Source: Gemmatimonadota bacterium
GTDB lineage: Bacteria; Gemmatimonadota; Gemmatimonadetes; Gemmatimonadales; GWC2-71-9
Length of the DNA: 15,062 bases
Direction: 5' to 3'
Assembly: GCA_039591655.1 (NCBI GenBank)
Contig: JBDHDE010000062.1
Location: 1 to 15,062 of the forward strand
Both the position numbers and the translations under genes were made by a program. The notes below the pieces were generated by a model. The model had not been told where the DNA came from. It was given only the letters and a program-made list of their open reading frames with translations, and did not search any database. This document shows, piece by piece, positions 1 through 7,800 of the stretch (position 1 is the first letter of the stretch; the number at the start of each line of letters is the position of its first letter).

Positions 1-1
1 A

Positions 2-1717
<1,716 letters not shown>

Positions 1718-1726
1718 CTAAGCAAG

Positions 1727-1732
1727 AAGATA
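1727..1732 (-). promoter_or_regulatory. Putative -10 element (TATCTT) 9 nt upstream of the kinase ATG
   Basis: Minus strand reads ccatgTATCTTcttgcttagATG. This is a TANNNT hexamer in an AT-rich patch, with no Shine-Dalgarno between it and the start. Confidence 0.5.
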
Positions 1733-1829
1733 CATGGCGGCGATGGGGTCGGGGAATACCGCGAACGTGTTGCAGCCCACCGGCTCGGCGGTGACGACGT
1801 CGATCTGGTAGAGAGACTAGGTCGGCGTG

Positions 1830-2375
1830 CTACCAGGTGCGGTCCGGCACGCCGGCGCGGCGGTTGGCGAGGCGCGCCAGCGTGAACAACAGGTCCGACA
1901 ACCGGTTCAGGTACTGCAGGATCTCCGCCGGCACCGGCTCGTGATGGTGTAGACCCACCACCTCCCGCTCGGCACGGCGGCAGACGGTCCGCGCGGCGTG
2001 GAGGTACGCGGCCTTCAGTGTGCCGCCCGGCAACACGAAGGCGCTCAGCGGCTCGAGCTCGGCATCGGCGCGGTCGATGGCGGACTCGAGCTCGGCGACG
2101 CGCTCGGAACCGACGGCCGCCTTCTTCAATGCCTTGGCGACTTTCTCCGGATCGGGGCTCGCCAAGCGCCCACCGACTGCCATGAGATCCCGCTGTACGC
2201 TTTCGAGGAGATCCCGCTCGAACTCCGGCGGCTCGGTGGCCAGTACCACGCCCAGCGCCGCGTTGAGCTCGTCCACGCTCCCGTAGGCGGCGACCCGGGC
2301 ATCGTCCTTCGGCACCCTGCCGCCGCCGAGCAGCGATGTCTCGCCGCCGTCGCCCTTTCCGGTGTAGATCTTCAC
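1830..2375 (-). CDS. pduO: ATP:cob(I)alamin adenosyltransferase, PduO/MMAB type
   Basis: 181 aa with family motifs MKIYTGKGDGGET, RVPKDD.RV.AYGSVDELNA, FVLPGG, ARTVCRRAER and YLNRLSDLLF. GTG start. Confidence 0.95.
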   Translation of the reverse strand: MKIYTGKGDGGETSLLGGGRVPKDDARVAAYGSVDELNAALGVVLATEPPEFERDLLESVQRDLMAVGGRLASPDPEKVAKALKKAAVGSERVAELESAIDRADAELEPLSAFVLPGGTLKAAYLHAARTVCRRAEREVVGLHHHEPVPAEILQYLNRLSDLLFTLARLANRRAGVPDRTW

Positions 2376-2384
2376 GGTCTTGGG

Positions 2385-2390
2385 AAGCTA
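2385..2390 (-). promoter_or_regulatory. Putative -10 element (TAGCTT) 9 nt upstream of the pduO GTG
   Basis: Minus strand reads ctccTAGCTTcccaagaccGTG. The spacing matches the kinase gene and there is no clear SD. Confidence 0.5.
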
Positions 2391-2427
2391 GGAGGCGGCG
2401 CGTACCCCCGCCAGCGCCGCGTGGCCC

Positions 2428-4653
2428 CTATTCGATTAGCACCCGCTGCTCGGCGCACACGAAGAGCACGTCGTTGAGCGATGGGTGCCGCCTGAACAGC
2501 TCGAACCCCTTCTCCCGCAGGCGCCGCTCCGTGAAGCCGAAGATCACGAGGTCGGCCTCCGCCGAGCCTTCGGCCACCAGCCGCGCGAAGTCCACCCGGT
2601 CGTCGGTGGGGATGACGCGCAGGTTCTTGCGGCTGATGGGCAGCCGTCCGGTCGTGATCATCCCGTCCAACCGCTCGCGGCGCTCCGTCACCTCTTCATG
2701 CGGGTAGGCGGCGAAGATGCGGATCTCGGCCTTTCGCCAGTCGGGGTGGGCCACGAGGATGTACGACAGCAGGATCATCAGGTTCGCGTTCGTGTCGTCG
2801 TGCCACGTGAGCCAGATGTGGATCGTGCGGCGGTTGCCGAAGAACTGGTCGCCGTGGCGCAGTACGAAGCTACTCACCCGGGTCGCGCTCGCCATGAGGC
2901 ACCCCTCGGCCACCTCGCGCGGGGCGTCGGGGCCGTCGTCCGAGGCGAACTGGAACAGGATCGAGTTGTTCTCCATCCCCGCCACGCCCGGGAGTTGGAG
3001 CGCCTGGCCCAGCGCCGAACGCATTGACGGCGAGATCATCGTGTCCACGTAGACGGCGCTCCGTCTGGCGCGGGTCATGTCCACCAGGCGTGCGAAGATC
3101 TTGCGGCTCTCCTTGTAGGTCTCCGGGTTGAGATACCCCTGGATGTAGTGGAGGTAGGCTCCGAACCCGTAGCGCTGCGACAGCCAGGTGAAGAACTGGA
3201 AGGGCGCGTTGCTCTCGAACGTGCGGCCGTCGATCATGATGACGGAGGGCCGCCACTCGTCGGCCCGCTGCCGCGTCGCGCTCGCCTGGAGCTTGACCTG
3301 GAAGTTGCGGGTCGCCTGCGTCATGGCCCCCTGGAAGATGGCTGCCAGGTCGTCGGCGCCGCGGCTGGCCCGGATGGCGCGATAAAGCAGGACCATGATG
3401 ATGAGGGCGACGAGGGCATACAGGGGATCCATCTGGAACATTAGGAACAGCGCCGCCAGGGCACCCAGCAGGCTGAGATACCACTTGGAGCGGAAGGTGG
3501 GCCGGTAGCTGGGCCGGGCGGCGAAGTGCTCCAGGAAGCTGATGGTGCACAGGGCGCCGTAGGTCACCATGAAGAACATCGAGATGATCCGCGCCACGCT
3601 GTCCAGGCTTCCCGCCGCCACGGTGGCCACGGCGATCGCCGAGGTCACGATGGTCGCGTTGCGGGGCTCGTTCACCTGACCCACGCCCCGAGCGAGGACC
3701 CGGTTCAGCGCGGCGAGAGGGCCGATACGGTCGGCGCCCAGGGCCTGGAGCGTGCGCGGCGCCACGAGGATCGACCCGATGGCCGACGACAGTGTGGCGC
3801 AGGCCAGCCCGATGGGGATGATGGGTCCCCACAGGGCCACCCGGGACATAACCATCTGGTCACCGGCCAGGATCTCGGGGGGCGCCGAGACCGCGAGCTT
3901 GATGACCACGGCTACGTAGATCGCCATGCCGGCCAGGGTGGCAAGCATGACGCCTCGGGGGATCGACTTCCCGGGGTTGGCCAGATCGCCGGAGAGCCCC
4001 ACGCCCGCCGCCATCCCCGTGAAGGCCGGGAACACGATGGCGAACACCAGCATGAAGGGATGGGCCTCGGCAACCCGCTCGAGGAGCGGCAGCTCGGTCG
4101 CGGTCATCTCGGACACCGGCGAGCCGGCGAAGAACAGACCGAGGGTTAGCGCCAGCACCGCCGCCACGGCCCACAGGGCTCCGACTCCGACGCGGGCCCC
4201 TCGGATCGTCACCAGCGTCGCCAGGATCAGCGTCGACGGAAGGGACACGAACCGCGGGTCGAACGGCCACCCCAGCACCGCCTCGGCCAGGGGTCGGAAC
4301 GCCTCGGCGAAGGCGATCATGTAGAACGCCACTGAGATCGCCTGGGAGAGGTACAGGGCGATACCGATGGCGCCGCCAATGGTGGTGCCGAACGAGCGGG
4401 AGATTATGAAATAGGCGCCGCCCCCCTCGACCCGGCGGTTGGTGGCGATCTCGGAGATGGCTAGGGCGGTGGGGAAAGTGACCAGATGGCCCAGCAGGAT
4501 TATGAGCAGCACGCCGAGCAGCCCCACATGGCCCACGGCGTAGCCGAAGCGGAGGAACAGGATCGCGCCGAGGATGGTGCTGATGCTGGCCAGGAACACC
4601 GGAGCGGTGCCGAAGCCGTGGCCGGTGCCGGATGGCGATGCTCGTTCCTTCAT
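2428..4653 (-). CDS. Cation-chloride cotransporter (SLC12/CCC family, APC superfamily) with cytoplasmic C-terminal domain
   Basis: 741 aa with about 12 hydrophobic segments followed by a soluble domain of about 300 aa. CCC-like motifs: TILGAILFLRFG, SEIATN, GGGAYFIISRSFG..IGGAIG, FPAFTGMAAG..LSGDL.NP.KSIPRG, ATLSSAIGS, APRTLQAL, NEP, ISMFFMVTY, PSYRPTF, WRPSV. SD GAGGA at 4660-4664. Confidence 0.88.
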   Translation of the reverse strand: MKERASPSGTGHGFGTAPVFLASISTILGAILFLRFGYAVGHVGLLGVLLIILLGHLVTFPTALAISEIATNRRVEGGGAYFIISRSFGTTIGGAIGIALYLSQAISVAFYMIAFAEAFRPLAEAVLGWPFDPRFVSLPSTLILATLVTIRGARVGVGALWAVAAVLALTLGLFFAGSPVSEMTATELPLLERVAEAHPFMLVFAIVFPAFTGMAAGVGLSGDLANPGKSIPRGVMLATLAGMAIYVAVVIKLAVSAPPEILAGDQMVMSRVALWGPIIPIGLACATLSSAIGSILVAPRTLQALGADRIGPLAALNRVLARGVGQVNEPRNATIVTSAIAVATVAAGSLDSVARIISMFFMVTYGALCTISFLEHFAARPSYRPTFRSKWYLSLLGALAALFLMFQMDPLYALVALIIMVLLYRAIRASRGADDLAAIFQGAMTQATRNFQVKLQASATRQRADEWRPSVIMIDGRTFESNAPFQFFTWLSQRYGFGAYLHYIQGYLNPETYKESRKIFARLVDMTRARRSAVYVDTMISPSMRSALGQALQLPGVAGMENNSILFQFASDDGPDAPREVAEGCLMASATRVSSFVLRHGDQFFGNRRTIHIWLTWHDDTNANLMILLSYILVAHPDWRKAEIRIFAAYPHEEVTERRERLDGMITTGRLPISRKNLRVIPTDDRVDFARLVAEGSAEADLVIFGFTERRLREKGFELFRRHPSLNDVLFVCAEQRVLIE

Positions 4654-4695
4654 AGGGAGTCCTCGGCGTCCGGAGGGCCGACCGGGCGCGAGTCA

Positions 4696-4741
4696 AAGCT
4701 ACTCACTGTCGGCTTCCGCCGCGCCGTACCGGGTGTATGAT
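4696..4741. promoter_or_regulatory. Putative divergent -10 elements: TAGCTT (minus, 4696-4701) for the CCC gene and TATGAT (plus, 4736-4741) for the reductase
   Basis: Two outward-facing TANNNT hexamers lie in the 138-bp intergenic gap. No -35 elements are evident. Confidence 0.4.
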
Positions 4742-4791
4742 GAGCTACGGTCCCCTGCAAGCACCCACGCGATGACAGCGAGCATGGATCG

Positions 4792-6195
4792 ATGACCAAG
4801 GCTGGCACGGACGATCACCCTCTCAGGGTAGCCGTCATCGGCTCCGGTCCCGCCGCGTTCTACACGGCGGAGCACCTGCTGGGCCGCGACGACGTCGTGG
4901 TGCAGGTGGACATGTACGAGCGTCTGCCAACGCCGTTCGGGCTGGTTCGCTTCGGCGTGGCGCCCGATCACGCCAAGATCAAGCAGGTCACCCGCGTCTA
5001 CGAGAAGATCGCGTCCCGGCCGGGGTTTCGGTTCTACGGCAACGTCGACTACGGCACACACCTCCACCTGGATGACCTGCGGCGTCACTACCACCAGGTA
5101 TGCTTCGCGACCGGCGCGCAGACGGACCGCCGCATGGACATCCCGGGGGAGGACCTCAGGGGGAGCCACACGGCAACGGAGTTCGTGGCCTGGTACAACG
5201 GCCATCCGGACTACCGCGACCGGGAGTTCGACCTGTCGGTGGAGCGCGTCGCCGTGGTCGGAGTGGGGAACGTGGCAGTGGACGTTGCCCGCATCCTGTG
5301 CCGGACGCCGGAGGAGCTCGAACAGACCGATATCGCCGACTATGCCCTGGACGCGCTGCGCGAGAGTCGGGTGAGGGAGGTCTACATCCTGGGTCGGCGC
5401 GGGCCGGTGCAGGCCGCGTTCACCAACGCCGAGGTGAAGGAGCTGGGCCAGTTGGCGGGTGCGGATTTCACAATCCCGCCCGGCGATGTCGAGCTGGATC
5501 CGCTGAGCCACAAGGCGGTGGAGGAGAGCGGCGACCCGGCACTCCGCAAGAAGGTAGAGCTGCTGCGAACCGCCGCGCTGGCGACGCCGATGGGGCGGCC
5601 CCGCAAGCTGACGCTCCGCTTCCTGGTGTCGCCCGTGGAGCTGCGGGACAACGCCGGTGGAGAGGTGGTCGGCATGAAGCTGGTCCGCAACGAGCTCCGC
5701 GTGAGCGACGACGGGTCGCTGAGGCCCCGCCCCACCGAGCAGTACGAGGAGCTAGCGGTGGAGTTGGTGTTCCGCTCGGTGGGCTATCGCGGCGTCGCGC
5801 TCCCCGACGTGCCGTTCCACGAGAAGTGGGGCATCGTGCCGAACGAGCAGGGCCGTGTGACCGCCGCAGTCGGCGGAGCGCCGGTCAAAGGCCTGTACGT
5901 GAGCGGCTGGATCAAGCGGGGGCCGAGCGGGGTCATCGGCACCAACAAGCCCTGTGCGGTGGAGACCGTGGAGCGCATGGTCGAGGACGCCGGGAAGGGA
6001 GTGCTGCTCGAGCCGTCGCTTCCGGATCCGGCCGCAGGGGATGCCCTGGTGCGCGAGCGGCAGCCGCGAGTGGTCACCTTCGATGCGTGGCGCCGGCTCG
6101 ACGCCCTGGAGGTGGAGCGGGGAAAGGCCCGGGGACGGCCCCGGGTGAAGCTGACTGCTTTGGACGAGATGCTGGAAGCGCTGAGCCGCGGGTGA
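4792..6195 (+). CDS. fprA: Ferredoxin--NADP+ reductase, FprA/adrenodoxin reductase type (FAD-dependent oxidoreductase)
   Basis: 467 aa with VAVIGSGPAAFY (FAD site), ERLPTPFGLVRFGVAPDH, ATEFVAWYNGHP, VVGVGNVAVDVAR (NADP site), GRRGPVQAAFT..E and GWIKRGPSGVIGTNK. These are typical of mycobacterial FprA/AdR. No fused ferredoxin domain. Confidence 0.92.
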   Translation: MTKAGTDDHPLRVAVIGSGPAAFYTAEHLLGRDDVVVQVDMYERLPTPFGLVRFGVAPDHAKIKQVTRVYEKIASRPGFRFYGNVDYGTHLHLDDLRRHYHQVCFATGAQTDRRMDIPGEDLRGSHTATEFVAWYNGHPDYRDREFDLSVERVAVVGVGNVAVDVARILCRTPEELEQTDIADYALDALRESRVREVYILGRRGPVQAAFTNAEVKELGQLAGADFTIPPGDVELDPLSHKAVEESGDPALRKKVELLRTAALATPMGRPRKLTLRFLVSPVELRDNAGGEVVGMKLVRNELRVSDDGSLRPRPTEQYEELAVELVFRSVGYRGVALPDVPFHEKWGIVPNEQGRVTAAVGGAPVKGLYVSGWIKRGPSGVIGTNKPCAVETVERMVEDAGKGVLLEPSLPDPAAGDALVRERQPRVVTFDAWRRLDALEVERGKARGRPRVKLTALDEMLEALSRG

Positions 6196-6201
6196 GGCGC
6201 C

Positions 6202-7692
6202 CTACCTAGCCATCTCCACTACGACCGAGTCGATCTGATTCATCATGTCCCGGTACCGGGCCACGTAGTTGTTGGCCATCACCGAGAACGCCAGGACGCC
6301 GCCCCCGGGGCGCTCGACGTAGCCGGAGAGGGTCTGGACCCGGAAGATGCTGCCTGTCTTGGCCAGCACATGTCCCTCGAGCGGAGTGTCCACGAACCGG
6401 CTGCGCAGCGACCCCCGTTCTCCCGCGCGCGGCATCGCCCGGAGGAAACCGGCGCTCCTCGGATGCCGATACATGTAGGCCAGGAGCTGGGCGAAGGCCC
6501 TCGGGGTGAGCAGGTTCCCGCTCGAGAGCCCCGAGCCGTCACTCAGGGCGAAGGTGGTGGAGTCGATCCCCACCGAGTCGATGAGGAAGCGCCGCTCCGC
6601 ATCGAGTCCCCCGTCCCACGACCCTGCGCCGCCCGCCGCTCTACCCACCGCCTTGAGGAGCATCTCTGCGAACCAGTTCTGACTCGAGTTGAGGATCGGG
6701 TACAGCATGTCCTCGAAGGGTCGCGAGGCGAACTCCACGAGGGGCTCGTGAGTCCGGACGAGGGCGTAGCGCAGGCTGTCGGTGGTGGAGAGCGTGGGAC
6801 CGGCGATGCTCACGCCGCGCTGGGCCAGGGCAGTACGCAGCGCCGCGGCGAAGTAGAGGTTGGGGTCGGGCAGGGCAAAGTACTCGGTCCGTTCCCGGTG
6901 GTCGACGGGGACGGCGCCCTCGCCCCAGATGTTCATCGTGCCCGGCTCGCGGAAGAAGTCGATGGTGCGATCCGAGTCGGGCGGCACGGTCCGGGTGCGG
7001 TTCTCGAACCTGAAGATCCCCAGGTCGGGCTCGAAGCTCACCCGCGCCGGCGCGTTCACTGCGGGCCCGGGCCCCCACGTCACGTTCACGCTGTTGTCGT
7101 TGAACCCCAAACCGGAGACCGGCGCCGCGTACCACCAATTCACGTCGTAGGTATCCCACGCCGGGTGCACGAGGACAGCGTCGAAGAAGCTGCCGTCTCC
7201 CACGATGGCGCCGGTGACGTGCCGCACCCCGGCGGTCACGATGCGGTCGGCGAGAGCGTCCATGCGGGTCCACAGGGAATCACACGCGCCCACGGCGAGC
7301 GTGTCGGCCCCGTAGCAGCGCTCCGAGAACGTCGGATCGCCCCGCCCGTAGATTATCAGATCGCCGTTCAGCACCCCGCCGGACAGCGGACCCGAGCCGT
7401 AGATGCCCGTGATCGCCCTGTAATCGACGGTGAGCAGCACGCTGGCTGCGGCGGCAACTACGAGCTTGGTGTTCGATGCCGGGATGAACAGGCGATCGGC
7501 GTTGCGGGCATAGACCTCGCGGCCCTGCTCGTCCACCACCACCACGCCCCACAGGGCGCGGTCGAAGGGCGGCGCGTCCAGCAGGCGGTCGATGCGCTCG
7601 CCGAGGTTGCCTTGCGCGGCGAGGGGAGAGACACTCACGAGGGCGAGTGCTAGCGCCGTAATGCCGGGGGATTGCGAGACGAGCAGTCGCAT
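6202..7692 (-). CDS. dacB: D-alanyl-D-alanine carboxypeptidase/endopeptidase (PBP4, peptidase S13)
   Basis: Catalytic motifs SxxK (PASNTK), SxN (SQNWFAE), DGSGLS..N and KTG, plus GRGDPTF. I place the start at ATG 7692, which gives a signal peptide (MRLLVSQSPGITALALALVSVSPLAA|Q) and SD-like GGAAAGG at 7703-7709. The ORF-track TTG at 7746 coincides with the predicted -35 box. Confidence 0.93.
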   Translation of the reverse strand: MRLLVSQSPGITALALALVSVSPLAAQGNLGERIDRLLDAPPFDRALWGVVVVDEQGREVYARNADRLFIPASNTKLVVAAAASVLLTVDYRAITGIYGSGPLSGGVLNGDLIIYGRGDPTFSERCYGADTLAVGACDSLWTRMDALADRIVTAGVRHVTGAIVGDGSFFDAVLVHPAWDTYDVNWWYAAPVSGLGFNDNSVNVTWGPGPAVNAPARVSFEPDLGIFRFENRTRTVPPDSDRTIDFFREPGTMNIWGEGAVPVDHRERTEYFALPDPNLYFAAALRTALAQRGVSIAGPTLSTTDSLRYALVRTHEPLVEFASRPFEDMLYPILNSSQNWFAEMLLKAVGRAAGGAGSWDGGLDAERRFLIDSVGIDSTTFALSDGSGLSSGNLLTPRAFAQLLAYMYRHPRSAGFLRAMPRAGERGSLRSRFVDTPLEGHVLAKTGSIFRVQTLSGYVERPGGGVLAFSVMANNYVARYRDMMNQIDSVVVEMAR

Positions 7693-7717
7693 TGTGGCCG
7701 AGCCTTTCCGGAGCGGC

Positions 7718-7746
7718 AACCTACCGGTAGTGTTCATCTGCGTCAA
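7718..7746 (-). promoter_or_regulatory. Sigma70-type promoter of dacB: TTGACG-N17-TAGGTT
   Basis: Minus strand reads TTGACG cagatgaacactaccgg TAGGTT (-35 at 7741-7746, -10 at 7718-7723, exact 17-nt spacer). It lies about 25 nt upstream of the ATG, with an SD in between. Confidence 0.7.
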
Positions 7747-7749
7747 TCT

Positions 7750-7769
7750 GTCCGTGCCGCGGCACGGAC
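7750..7769. repeat. Perfect 20-bp palindrome GTCCGTGCCGCGGCACGGAC in the dacB/tamA divergent region
   Basis: The sequence equals its own reverse complement, and it begins 3 nt beyond the dacB -35 box. Confidence 0.85.
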
Positions 7770-7800
7770 CGGAACGCGTCTAGTCGAAAGCGAGCCCGCC

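Noticed and set aside
1745..1800. GGGGAA..GCGAA..CAGCCC..GTGA, loosely reminiscent of a cobalamin riboswitch next to pduO
   Set aside because: It is on the wrong strand and downstream of pduO, lacks a recognisable B12 box and paired helices, and the region is short. An Rfam cmscan would settle it.
2395..2420. GCGGCGC-N12-GCGCCGC inverted repeat after the CCC stop codon
   Set aside because: A 7-bp all-GC stem with a long loop and no U-tract is expected by chance at this GC content, so it is not called a terminator.
7693..7746. ORF-track N-terminal extension of dacB from TTG 7746
   Set aside because: That TTG is the -35 hexamer (TTGACG). ATG 7692 has an SD-like sequence and gives a clean signal peptide.
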